NCBI GenBank assembly: GCA_963802505.1
Contig: CAWDJB010000002.1
Coordinates: 20,627 to 84,626 of the forward strand
Length of the DNA: 64,000 bases
Direction of reading: 5' to 3'
From: an uncultured Acidimicrobiales bacterium
GTDB lineage: Bacteria; Actinomycetota; Acidimicrobiia; Acidimicrobiales; DATKAS01
Shown piece after piece: positions 55,526 to 64,000 of the stretch. The translations under genes were made by a program, and so were the position numbers. The notes below the pieces were generated by a model that saw nothing but the letters and a program-made list of their open reading frames with translations, made no database searches and was not told the DNA's origin. Numbering within the stretch: position 1 is the first letter of the stretch; every line of letters begins with the position of its first letter.

Positions 55526-57936
55526 AGATAGCCCTTTCGGGTCAGGTAGCGGAGCGAGAACCAGCCCCAGATCGGCGGCAGGTAGAAGGTCGCCAGCCGG
55601 TGCGTGAGCGCGGCAGCGTAGGCCTCGCTCGACGGAACCCCGAACGCCATCATCCCTGCTGCCAGGCTCGCCTCGGCGACACCGATGCCACCCGGTACGG
55701 GCATCACCGACGCAAAGATGCTCGCGCACATGTTGACGACCAGAGCCTGAGCGAGCCCGAGGTCGGCGCCGTAAGCGTGTGCCGAGGCGGCCAAGGTCAG
55801 TGCCCAGCCGAGCTCGGTGAGAATGTTGCCGCCGAAGAGGCGCACCAGCTTGGCCGGCGCGACGAGCACGACCTTCAGGCTTTCGAACCCGTCCTTCAGC
55901 GTGTGCACGAGCTTGCGTCGCCACTCTCGCTTCACGATGAGGACGACCACGGCCGCGACTGCAGCGATGAGGAACGCGATCACGATCCATCCGAGAGCAG
56001 AGACGTCCGAGCCGGCGTCGACGTCCAGGTCGAGATCCGTGAACGGCAGGATGAGCAGCAACAGGATCACCTCGACGATGGTCCCCGCCACGCCGTCGAG
56101 TGCGCCGGCGGCGACCGCGGAGGTCGAGCTGAGTCCTTGCTTTTGCAAGTACCGGATGTTGACCGCGATGCGCCCTGCCGAGCTCGGAACCGTCAGGTTT
56201 ACGAACTTGATGCCCGACTCGAGCGCTACGGTCGGCGCATACGGGATCGGGCTCGGGACCGCGCCGCTAAGCGAGAGCGCCTGGCTCAGCAACGGCAGCT
56301 GTCCGAGGATGAGCACGACCAGCAGCCACTCCCACGACGCCTGCTGCAGCTCGTCGATGATCGTCGAGAGGCCGACGTCGGCCAGCTGCGAAAGGATCAG
56401 CCATGCGGCGAACGCGGTCAGGGCGACGAAGAAGATCCCCTTGACCGTGACTCGGCGGAGCTCCGCGATCGGTGTGAGCGGCACTCCCAAGGCCTTCGCC
56501 GCTTGTGCACGGAGGTCGTTGACCTTGAGACCGCTGTCGTGTGCCTCCTCGCGGAGGCTCGGAACCAACGCCGCGGGCTGGACGTAGGGCAGCGCTGCCG
56601 CAAGCTCGTCGTCGCCGATGACCAGTCGGGCCACGGTGAGCGCTCGCTCAGGTCCCACAAGCACCGCGCTCGCGACGAGCATCTCGGCGACGTCGACCTG
56701 TCGATCGCTCTCGGGGGCGGCGAGCCGGGCGGTCGCGAGATCGCTCATCACGACCCGGCCATCGCTGACGACGAGGTCGTCGAGGTCGATGCCTCCGTGC
56801 GCGATGCGGGCGTCGTGCAGTCGCACGAGCGACGTCCACGCGTCCCGCAGGATGTCGTCGTCGACGTCGTCGCGCGTGAGGTCTCCCAGCGTCGGGCCGA
56901 CGGCACGTTCGAGCACGATGAGCGCGTCGCCACTGCGCACGCGCCCTACGGCGAGCAGTTCCTGCGTCAGTGCTCCCGCTCGCGTCGCGGCCAGCGTGCA
57001 GAGGGCTTCGTGCTCGACTTGTCGCAGGCGGCTGGTCGCCATCTGCGGCCCTGCATCGCGGTACCACATGGTGCGCCAGAGTCGAGCGACGAGCTGTGAG
57101 TCACGCGCGTCGCGGCCGTACACCTTCACGAGCACTGGCCGTCCCGCCGTGTCGGTGGCCTCGTAGGTCGCCACCCCTGCGAGCTGGCGGTCGGTCGGCG
57201 TGAGCTCGCTCACTGCGAGCCCGAGCTCGGCGAGGCCGGCGCGCACGCGGCTGTCAGGCGGGAAGCCCGCGTGCGAGCCGATCACCAGGTAGATGAGCGC
57301 GGCGACGAGGACGCCGACCGATGCGCCCGCGACCGCTCCGGACAAGGTGCTCTCGCCCAAGATCACAGCACTGAACGCAGCGACGGTGACCAGGCCTCCG
57401 CCGAAGCGTCGCACGGGCCGGGACAGGTCGGGACTCGCTGCCGCGATCACTGCCGTGCAAACCGCGATCCGGAGCGGGGGGAACGTCAGCTCCCCGTAGA
57501 ACACGATCGGCTTGAGCCCGGCCCATTCATCGAAGACGAGACGAGCGACGATCTCGCTGATGCCGATCACGAGCCCGACGGCGATCAGGAGTGTGAAGCC
57601 GAGAGGGCGACGCTTCGTTGCGAACGCCACGACCACGAGCGCGAGAGCGAAGAGCGGGGCGAGCGCGTAGGCGACGCGCCAGACCGGATCGAGCCAGTCG
57701 AAGAGGTCTTGGATCGCGGCGATCGCATTCGCCTCGCCCTGCAGCTGGCTGTTCGCGATCAGGCTCGCGATCAGCAGACCGCCAGCAGCCAAGACGAACA
57801 GCACTGCATCCGCGGCGCGGCGCCGGCGGGGCTCGTCTCCTCGCGACGCGTAGATCGATCGCCATGCCTTGACGTCGGGGATCGGGAGAAGGCCGTGTGC
57901 TCTCGCCTCAGAAGGCGCTTCGGAGTCGATCGCCAT
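55522..57936 (-). CDS. polytopic membrane fusion protein: N-terminal TM bundle / cytoplasmic kinase-like domain / C-terminal LPG_synthase_TM (MprF flippase-like, UPF0104) domain
   Basis: The ATG at 57936 is preferred (MAIDSEAPS...), 5 nt after the Fur-family stop. The middle PVLVKVYGRDARD...EHEALCTLA...ALIVLERAVGPTLGDL...LHDARIAHGGIDLDDLVV resembles RIO/Kdo-type kinase lobes. The C-terminal ~320 aa resembles the UPF0104 membrane domain. Confidence 0.7.
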   Translation of the reverse strand: MAIDSEAPSEARAHGLLPIPDVKAWRSIYASRGDEPRRRRAADAVLFVLAAGGLLIASLIANSQLQGEANAIAAIQDLFDWLDPVWRVAYALAPLFALALVVVAFATKRRPLGFTLLIAVGLVIGISEIVARLVFDEWAGLKPIVFYGELTFPPLRIAVCTAVIAAASPDLSRPVRRFGGGLVTVAAFSAVILGESTLSGAVAGASVGVLVAALIYLVIGSHAGFPPDSRVRAGLAELGLAVSELTPTDRQLAGVATYEATDTAGRPVLVKVYGRDARDSQLVARLWRTMWYRDAGPQMATSRLRQVEHEALCTLAATRAGALTQELLAVGRVRSGDALIVLERAVGPTLGDLTRDDVDDDILRDAWTSLVRLHDARIAHGGIDLDDLVVSDGRVVMSDLATARLAAPESDRQVDVAEMLVASAVLVGPERALTVARLVIGDDELAAALPYVQPAALVPSLREEAHDSGLKVNDLRAQAAKALGVPLTPIAELRRVTVKGIFFVALTAFAAWLILSQLADVGLSTIIDELQQASWEWLLVVLILGQLPLLSQALSLSGAVPSPIPYAPTVALESGIKFVNLTVPSSAGRIAVNIRYLQKQGLSSTSAVAAGALDGVAGTIVEVILLLLILPFTDLDLDVDAGSDVSALGWIVIAFLIAAVAAVVVLIVKREWRRKLVHTLKDGFESLKVVLVAPAKLVRLFGGNILTELGWALTLAASAHAYGADLGLAQALVVNMCASIFASVMPVPGGIGVAEASLAAGMMAFGVPSSEAYAAALTHRLATFYLPPIWGWFSLRYLTRKGYL

Positions 57937-57941
57937 GCGGG

Positions 57942-58395
57942 TCAGATGCCCGCCTGAGCCCGGCATCGCGCGCACAGCCCGAGCAAGGCCGCGTGGTGCG
58001 TGTCGAGGGCGAAGCCATGCGTCTCATCGACCTTCTTCGCGAGCCCGGCGAGGGCCCCGTCGGCGATGTCGATCACGGCGTTGCACCGATGACAGACGAG
58101 GTGGGCATGGCCCGTTGCGCGCAGGTGGTAGAAGGCGGGCCCGTCCCCCGGATGGACGTGCTCGACGACACCGACTTCGCCGAGACGTTGCAGCACCCGA
58201 TACACCGTCGAGGGCGCTACCCCCTTCTTCCGCCGGCTCACTGCATCGATCAGGTCGTCAGCAGTGAGATGGGCATCGGTGTCGAGGAGCACGCTCACCA
58301 CGAGCCGGGTCGGCGCGGTGCACGCGCCCGCCCCGCTGCCGGATGACCTCGAAGATCTCCTCGTCTCGCGAGGCGAGAGCGCGAGCAGGCGCCAC
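57942..58395 (-). pseudogene. Fur-family metalloregulator gene with one +1 frame break near the N-terminus
   Basis: The GTG at 58395 opens VAPARALASRDEEIFEVIRQRGGRV. The next frame carries TAPTRLVVSVLLDTDAHLTADDLIDAV...STVYRVLQRLGEVGVVEHV...HAHLVCHRCNAVIDI...LGLCARCRA (winged helix, HxH, CxxC x2). Break near 58315-58327. Length is 454 nt, which is 3n+1. The 5' part of track ORF 57942..58802 overlaps the DUF427 gene and is an artefact. Confidence 0.6.
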
Positions 58396-58419
58396 GCATG
58401 GGACGCTAACGCAGGAGGT

Positions 58420-59184
58420 TCAGCTGAACGGGGTCTTCGGACGCTCCTCCAACACTCCGTCGACTTCGATCTCGACCTTCTCGTTGTAGAAGGACACGAG
58501 GCCGGCCACCTTGATGCTCTCGGGAAGCGGAGTCGGGTAGGACCACGCGATGTTCTCGTGCACGGTGTCGCCGACCTTGACCGACCAATAGCGGGCAGTG
58601 CCCTTGTACGGGCATTGGCTCGAGCGATCGGTCGGTGTGAACAGCTCTGTGCGCAAGTCGGTCTGGGGCACGTAGTACCGAGTCGGCAGCCCGGTCTCGA
58701 ACAGCAGCACGGGTCGGGTCGAGTCGGCAACGACCTCGCCGTCGATCGACACACGGACATGTCGACTGCTCGCAAGGGTGTCGACCCGCGAGTACGGGTC
58801 ACGAGGATGGACGATCACCTCTTCGTCCTCTTCGAACCACGCATCCATGGCCTTCCAGTCGAAGCGCACGAGATCGCGGATCGACGAGAGCGGCGACTCG
58901 GAGTAGCGCCACGCGCCGTCGACCGCTTCCGCCGACCCGCTCTTGACGGTGAAGTGGTGTGCGTCGCCGCGGCTCGGAGAGTGGGTCACCGTGTCGGTGG
59001 GGATGAGGCCTGCCGTGACGTCCCCGATGGGGATGTAGTAGGCGGGATAGTGGGGGATCTCCCACACGAGCGACGGGTGGATCGTGTCGAAGACGACCTC
59101 GCCGCCGAGGTACGCGCGCACGCGCTTGTGGCCCGGTTCGACGCGGACTTGCCCGCGATGCTCGGGAGTGGGCTGCTCAGACAT
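58420..59184 (-). CDS. tandem DUF427 domain protein
   Basis: ATG at 59184 (TGATG overlap with the methyltransferase stop), 254 aa. Two repeats of the DUF427 pattern (VRVEPGHKRVRAYLGGEVVFDT...YYIP and VRVSIDGEVVADSTRPVLLFETGLPTRYYVP...CPYKG.A.YW). Confidence 0.7.
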   Translation of the reverse strand: MSEQPTPEHRGQVRVEPGHKRVRAYLGGEVVFDTIHPSLVWEIPHYPAYYIPIGDVTAGLIPTDTVTHSPSRGDAHHFTVKSGSAEAVDGAWRYSESPLSSIRDLVRFDWKAMDAWFEEDEEVIVHPRDPYSRVDTLASSRHVRVSIDGEVVADSTRPVLLFETGLPTRYYVPQTDLRTELFTPTDRSSQCPYKGTARYWSVKVGDTVHENIAWSYPTPLPESIKVAGLVSFYNEKVEIEVDGVLEERPKTPFS

Positions 59185-60050
59185 CAGGCGTCCTTCCTTC
59201 CGACAAAGGCGGTGCGGGCACCGAGCACGAACACATCGGACCGATGGAGGACACCGCGGGGGTCGTTCTCGTCGAGCAACACCGCGAGCGCCTCGTTGTC
59301 TTCCCCGTCGAGCAAGTGACCGAAACGATGGCGCCATTCGGCGAAATGGGAGCGCACCACCTCACGCGCTCGCACCGGCAGCGGTGCGGGGAGATCGAGC
59401 AGGAACGACCTGCTGGTGACGTCGACGAGACCGGCTGCCGCGAGCTTCTCGTTCCAGCCTGACGGCTCGCCCGCTCGTACCTGCCGCTCCGCTGGACGGA
59501 CATGGCTCCAGAACCACTCCTGCTGCAGCTCGAGCATCCGCCCCTCCAGCCCGGGCCGGCCGAGCCCACAGTCGGCGGGCAGATGCCGGTTGCTCAGCCC
59601 GCCCTCCACCACGACGACGCGGCCGTCGGGCTTCACGCCGGTCGCGAGGCCCCGAACGCATGCGACCTCGTCGGTGACGTGATGCACGACGGCGCTTGCA
59701 TGCACGAGGTCGACCTCGCGGCCGAGGATGGACCGCACGTCGTCGTGCTCGATGTCGCCGTCCGTCACCTTCACCCACCCGGCGACACCGCACGAGGCGA
59801 CGAGGGCCTGAGTTGCCGTTCTCATGGCCTCCGAACCGTCGACCGCGTAGACCATGCCGGTCGCGCCGACCTGCTCGGCGAAGAGCTCGACCATCCCGCC
59901 GGCGCCACACCCGACATCGGCGACCGTCGCGCCGGGCTTCAACGCCAGCCACGCGAGGAGCTGGCGCAGCTGTGGGGCCTCGAGCGCCTGGCGTCCGGCC
60001 ATGTGCTCGGCGATCGCGGCCCAGTCGACGGCGTGCTTCGGATCGGACAT
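59184..60050 (-). CDS. class I SAM-dependent methyltransferase
   Basis: 288 aa. VADVGCGAGG motif I, then VYAVDGS and the DLVHASAVVHH blocks. Confidence 0.8.
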   Translation of the reverse strand: MSDPKHAVDWAAIAEHMAGRQALEAPQLRQLLAWLALKPGATVADVGCGAGGMVELFAEQVGATGMVYAVDGSEAMRTATQALVASCGVAGWVKVTDGDIEHDDVRSILGREVDLVHASAVVHHVTDEVACVRGLATGVKPDGRVVVVEGGLSNRHLPADCGLGRPGLEGRMLELQQEWFWSHVRPAERQVRAGEPSGWNEKLAAAGLVDVTSRSFLLDLPAPLPVRAREVVRSHFAEWRHRFGHLLDGEDNEALAVLLDENDPRGVLHRSDVFVLGARTAFVGRKDA

Positions 60051-60090
60051 CCGACGCCGAGGCTACCGAGGGGCGGCGCGGTACGGAATA

Positions 60091-60104
60091 GTTGAAACGT
60101 CAAC
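60091..60104. promoter_or_regulatory. AT-enriched palindrome GTTGAAACGTCAAC (candidate Fur-family operator) in the methyltransferase / pirin divergent gap
   Basis: Read directly (AATAGTTGAAACGTCAACGATG). TGAAA/TCAA half-sites are reminiscent of Fur/Zur boxes. Located 41 bp upstream of the operon's first gene. Confidence 0.3.
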
Positions 60105-60119
60105 GATGTTCGGTGCGGC

Positions 60120-61091
60120 ATGCCCGCTGTGACTGTCGAAAACCCGTTGGTCCTCCCCCACTTGCGCACGCCGGAAGCAACGGCGGTGCGTCGACCCGTC
60201 GAGCGCGTCGTCGCCGCCCATCACACCGTCGAGGGCGCCGGCTTCTCGGTGTGGCGTCCCTTCCCCGGCGGCATCGACGCGCACCTCGCGGACCCGTTCT
60301 TCCTCCTCGACCAGCTCGGCCCGGTCGAGTACGCGCCGAACGAGGCCGTCGGCGCGCCGTGGCATCCGCATCGTGGTTTCGAGACGGTGACCTACGTGAT
60401 CGACGGCGTGGTGCAACACCACGACTCGAACGGCGGTGGCGGCACCATCGGCGAAGGCGACACGCAGTGGATGACCGCGGGTTCGGGGATCCTCCACGAT
60501 GAAGTGCCGACCGAGGCGTTCCTGCGCTCGGGCGGACGCACGCACGGCGTGCAGCTCTGGGTGAACCTCCCCGCCGCGTTGAAGATGTCCGCGCCTCGGT
60601 ACCAGGCGATCGAGGGCGACCACCTCACGTTGCTGTCGTCTCCGGACGGCGGCGCGTTGGTGCGGCTGATCGCAGGCGACCTGGACGGCACCGAAGGCCC
60701 GGGCGTCACCTACACACCGATCACCTACGCGCACACGACTCTTACGCCGGGCGCACAGCTCGAGGTTCGCTGGAACGAGAGCTACAACGCGATGGTCTAT
60801 GTGCTGGGCGGACGCGGCTACGCAGGTGCTGAGCGCCGCCCCGTCAACGAGCACGAGCTCGTTGTCTTCGGGCCCGGAGAGGTGATCACGATCGAGGCCG
60901 CCGCGGCGCAGCCGGAAGACTCGCCGAACCTCGAGGTGCTGCTTCTCGGTGGTCTGCCCATCCGTGAGCCGATCGCGCACTACGGCCCGTTCCTGATGAA
61001 CACGCGCGCCGAGATCGTGCAGGCGCTCGAGGACTACCAGGCCGGGCGCATGGGCGTCGTGCCCGCCCTCGACCTCGTCACAGGCCAGTGA
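60120..61091 (+). CDS. pirin family protein
   Basis: 323 aa. PHRGFETVTYVIDG, QWMTAGSGILHDE, and a bicupin layout. Confidence 0.9.
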   Translation: MPAVTVENPLVLPHLRTPEATAVRRPVERVVAAHHTVEGAGFSVWRPFPGGIDAHLADPFFLLDQLGPVEYAPNEAVGAPWHPHRGFETVTYVIDGVVQHHDSNGGGGTIGEGDTQWMTAGSGILHDEVPTEAFLRSGGRTHGVQLWVNLPAALKMSAPRYQAIEGDHLTLLSSPDGGALVRLIAGDLDGTEGPGVTYTPITYAHTTLTPGAQLEVRWNESYNAMVYVLGGRGYAGAERRPVNEHELVVFGPGEVITIEAAAAQPEDSPNLEVLLLGGLPIREPIAHYGPFLMNTRAEIVQALEDYQAGRMGVVPALDLVTGQ

Positions 61092-61914
61092 GACCGCTGT
61101 CCACGGCGAGGGTCTGCCCGGTCACGTAGACGCTCTCGTCGGAGAGGAAGAACAGCACCGCGTACGCGATCTCCCACCCGGTCGCCTGACGCCCGAAGGG
61201 GACGTTCGTCGCCGCGCGCGACGGACGGCCTGCGGTCGCCAACCTGCCGAGCGGAGTGTCGACGAGGCCCGGCGCGACGACGTTGGCTCTGATGCCGCGC
61301 GCCGCGCCTTCGCGCGCGACGTGACGCATGAGCCCGCCGAGCGCCGCCTTCGAGGCGTCGTACGCAGGAAGCCGAGAGCCCGAGGTCATGCCGGCGATCG
61401 ACGAGATGAACACGATCGACGAGCCCTCGGCGAGGACGGGAAGTGCATCGCGGCAGCAGAGCATGGGGCCGCGCAGGTTGGTGGCGAGCGTGAGGTCCCA
61501 GTCGTCGACCTTCACGCCCGCGAGGCCGAGCGCACCCGCGCCGATCCCGACGTTCAGCACCAATCCGTCGAGGCCACCGAGCCCGACGCGGGCCTGATCG
61601 ATGGTCCGGCGGACGTGCTCTTCGTCAGTGATGTCGCCTTCGATCGTGAAGGCGCGGCCACCTTCCTCGACGATCTTCTCGACGGTCTCGTCCGCGCTGT
61701 CCTCGTTCCGGTCCGCGACAGCGACGTGCGCCCCCTCTCGCGCGAACAGCAATGACATCGCACGCCCATTGCCGATCGGATCGGTGGCGGCATCGACGAC
61801 TCGCTGTCCGCCACCCACGACGAGCACTCGTCGCCCGTCGAGCCGACCGCGTCCGGGTGCCTCCCCCATCGACTCCACGCTCGGCGGACGGACGAATCGC
61901 TCGCGGTCGCTCAT
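61078..61914 (-). CDS. SDR-family oxidoreductase
   Basis: 278 aa. Atypical glycine motif VVGGGQ, NVG, and the S...YDASK catalytic set. Confidence 0.85.
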   Translation of the reverse strand: MSDRERFVRPPSVESMGEAPGRGRLDGRRVLVVGGGQRVVDAATDPIGNGRAMSLLFAREGAHVAVADRNEDSADETVEKIVEEGGRAFTIEGDITDEEHVRRTIDQARVGLGGLDGLVLNVGIGAGALGLAGVKVDDWDLTLATNLRGPMLCCRDALPVLAEGSSIVFISSIAGMTSGSRLPAYDASKAALGGLMRHVAREGAARGIRANVVAPGLVDTPLGRLATAGRPSRAATNVPFGRQATGWEIAYAVLFFLSDESVYVTGQTLAVDSGLTGL

Positions 61915-61932
61915 CCGCTCAACCTAGGACGC

Positions 61933-63270
61933 TCAACCGAGGAGGTCTCGTGCGACGTCGAGCCAGAGGTTGGCGGTGAGGGCCAGCGATTCGACGTCGA
62001 CCCTCTCGTCGTTGCCGTGGAACCGCCGACCGAACTCCGCCGGGTCGACCGTCGGGCTCATCAGCGCGGCACCGTACGCGACGGCACCCATCTGCCGGTA
62101 GATGCGTGAATCGGTGAAGCCGACGATGAACTGCGGTGTGAGGCGAGCCGTCGGGAACGGCCGAGCGACCGCCCGTTGCAGGCTGTCCCACAAGGGGGTG
62201 TCGATGGCGCTGATGCTCGCGGGGTCATTCATGAGGATCTCGACCTCGACCTGTTCGGCGAGGTCGCCCAGTGCCGTCTCGAGGTGGGCCTGTACCTCGT
62301 CGGCGCCCTCACCGGGAAGCGTGCGGATGTCGACTTCGATGTCGATGCAGTCGGGGATCACGTTCGTCTTGCCGGGTCCGCTGGTCACGTTCGGCGAGAA
62401 CGTGGTGTGCGTACATGCATGGAGGTGAGCGGCCGCGGCCGGGTTCGGCATCGCGGCGAGCACCGCGTCGACCTGCGCGGGATCGAGCAGCATCGCGGCG
62501 AGATCGTCGTCCACTCCCAGCGTCTCGACGCGTTCGCGCCAGAGCTCGTGGAACCTCGGAGCAGGGCGATAGTCGGCGAGCCGCTGCACGACCGCCGCGG
62601 CCTTCACCAGCGCGTTGTCGCTGCGGAAAGGCGCGGACCCGTGGCCCGGCGTTCCCCGCACGCGCAACCGTCGCCACGCCACGCCCTTCTCGCCCACGTT
62701 GACCCCGACGTAGGGAGCCTCACTCGGCCCCGAGTGAAGTCCCCCGTTCTCGGTGAGCACGTAGTCGGCCCGGATGGCGTCGGGCTCGTGGTCGGCCATC
62801 CACCGGGCGCCGTGCGCGCTGCCCGACTCCTCGTCAGCAACGGCGAAGTAGATGAGGTCGCCTCGCGGCCGGAAACCCTCGCGTGCGAGCTGGCGGAAGG
62901 CGACCGCCATCGACGACGTGATGTTGAGCATGTCGATCGCGCCGCGACCCCACACCTCGGCGCCGGCCGGGCCTGAGACGAGCTCGCCGCCGAACGGATC
63001 GCGGCTCCAGCCCTCGGGGTTCACCGGCACCACGTCGGTGTGGCCCATCAAGCACAGGCTCGGCGCGCTCGGGTCGCGGCCCGCCATCCGAGCGACGAGC
63101 GACACCCGGCCTTCGGTCGGCTCGAAGCGTTCCACATCGAACCCGGCGTCGCCGAGGAACGCGTGAAGGGTGTCGGCGTTGCGGTGCTCGAAGCCTGAGC
63201 TCGGCGTGCCGTCGTTGATGCAGCCGTTGCGGATCAACGTCTGCAAGAGCTCGATCGTCTCAGCCGTCAT
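61933..63270 (-). CDS. M20/M25/M40 family metallopeptidase (paralog 2)
   Basis: The ATG at 63270 (MTAETIELLQTLIRNGCINDG...) is collinear with the gene at 21891-23222 (LCLMGHTDVVPV, WGRGAIDMLN, VADEE). Confidence 0.85.
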   Translation of the reverse strand: MTAETIELLQTLIRNGCINDGTPSSGFEHRNADTLHAFLGDAGFDVERFEPTEGRVSLVARMAGRDPSAPSLCLMGHTDVVPVNPEGWSRDPFGGELVSGPAGAEVWGRGAIDMLNITSSMAVAFRQLAREGFRPRGDLIYFAVADEESGSAHGARWMADHEPDAIRADYVLTENGGLHSGPSEAPYVGVNVGEKGVAWRRLRVRGTPGHGSAPFRSDNALVKAAAVVQRLADYRPAPRFHELWRERVETLGVDDDLAAMLLDPAQVDAVLAAMPNPAAAAHLHACTHTTFSPNVTSGPGKTNVIPDCIDIEVDIRTLPGEGADEVQAHLETALGDLAEQVEVEILMNDPASISAIDTPLWDSLQRAVARPFPTARLTPQFIVGFTDSRIYRQMGAVAYGAALMSPTVDPAEFGRRFHGNDERVDVESLALTANLWLDVARDLLG

Positions 63271-64000
63271 CGCGGGCGATGTCATACCGGTAGCTCCTCT
63301 CGAACAGCGGCTCGTCGCGTGCGAACGCCGAGACGTCGACCGTGACATGGAAGCACTCGGAGTCGGCCGTCATCGTGCTCGTTGCCTTCCACTGCACGTG
63401 CCACTCGCCGCGGCCTCGCTCCATCACCGCGGCAGTGGTCGTCGTGGAGTCGAGCGGGTCATCGCCCGTCGACCACGTGGTGCGACCTCCCACTCGCCAC
63501 CACGAGCCGTCGTCGAGTGGCACCACCCCAGAGTCGGTGACTCGCTCCATGAGCACCTCGTCGCTGCCGAACACCTGCTGCGACCAGCGCGACCGCGGAC
63601 GTCGGTCGCCCCGAGGCTCGACTTCCGGAGGTACGACCGAAAGCGTCGTCGCGGTGGATGGAACGAGGGGGAGGTCGAGCCTGCACTGCCCGCGAAGGAT
63701 CGTGACGGTCGCGGCGTTCGGCGGCGGCCAAAGCATCGGCCAGTAGCCAGGAGTGATGGCGAGCCGCAGCGAGTGGCCCGCGGGCACCACGTATCCGTTT
63801 GCCCGCATCGACACCTCCACTTCCTGCTCCGCGGCGCCATCGAGGCGAGCCGCACCCATCGCGACGAGGGTCGACGCGCCGTCGGGAGTGACGTCGCACA
63901 GGCGCGCCGCGAGCTGCGCGATACGAACGTCGACGCCGACGCGCAGGCGAGCGATGACCCGGCCCAGCAACGCGAAGTCCTCGTCGACATTCCATTCGAC
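63260..64000 (-). CDS. CocE/NonD-family hydrolase, C-terminal beta-sandwich domain (5' part outside the window)
   Basis: The frame is open to the window edge. ...RLCDVTPDGASTLVAMGAARL...GHSLRLAITPGYWP is typical of the X-Pro dipeptidyl-peptidase C-terminal domain. Confidence 0.7.
   Translation of the reverse strand, partial: VEWNVDEDFALLGRVIARLRVGVDVRIAQLAARLCDVTPDGASTLVAMGAARLDGAAEQEVEVSMRANGYVVPAGHSLRLAITPGYWPMLWPPPNAATVTILRGQCRLDLPLVPSTATTLSVVPPEVEPRGDRRPRSRWSQQVFGSDEVLMERVTDSGVVPLDDGSWWRVGGRTTWSTGDDPLDSTTTTAAVMERGRGEWHVQWKATSTMTADSECFHVTVDVSAFARDEPLFERSYRYDIARDDG

Noticed and set aside
57942-58802. 286-aa ORF as a long Fur-family protein. Likewise the 780-aa ORF 36403-38745 and the 468-aa ORF 54584-55990 as long isoforms.
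   Set aside because: The 5' extensions overlap the upstream, well-supported genes in another frame and have Arg/Pro-rich artefact composition. Internal starts coincide with stop/start coupling sites.

Overview
High-GC (about 70%) chromosomal segment with Actinomycetota hallmarks: nucS, an HRDC-bearing uvrD2, a Kgd-type fused 2-oxoglutarate dehydrogenase, GTP-dependent PEPCK, LLM/F420-type oxidoreductases and a PIG-L deacetylase. Packing is very tight: about 65 protein genes, many chained by ATGA/GTGA/TGATG stop-start overlaps, and several convergent pairs overlap at their 3' ends. I found no rRNA, tRNA, CRISPR array, transposase, integrase or phage gene, so this looks like core and accessory metabolism rather than a mobile island. 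Many long ORFs in the track are antisense or out-of-frame GC artefacts and are not called. Items worth a second look: (1) the only large gap in the window (15883-16471). It holds a helically phased array of GTCCACA (DnaA-box-like) motifs, then a roughly 340-nt hairpin-rich element with GNRA/UUCG tetraloops and a terminator-like end just upstream of uvrD2. I cannot assign it to any RNA family I know. (2) Two tandem paralogs (36403-39887) resembling rifampicin phosphotransferase or phenylphosphate synthase alpha. Both keep the swivel histidine, lack the ATP-grasp loader, and are translationally coupled to a family III CoA-transferase. (3) A five-gene minus-strand chain (methyltransferase, double DUF427, Fur-family regulator, membrane protein fusing a kinase-like domain to an MprF-type flippase-like domain, FGE-family enzyme). 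(4) A NYN-nuclease / S1-like / histone-H1-like-tail fusion protein. (5) A nitrile hydratase with an unusual CTQCSC metal motif and no activator gene. (6) Five reading-frame breaks in four genes that all need the same +1 correction and all sit in alternating GC tracts, plus one gene whose missing stop the same correction would restore. This looks more like a systematic assembly artefact than gene decay. All functional calls come from motif and family recognition by eye, without database searches.
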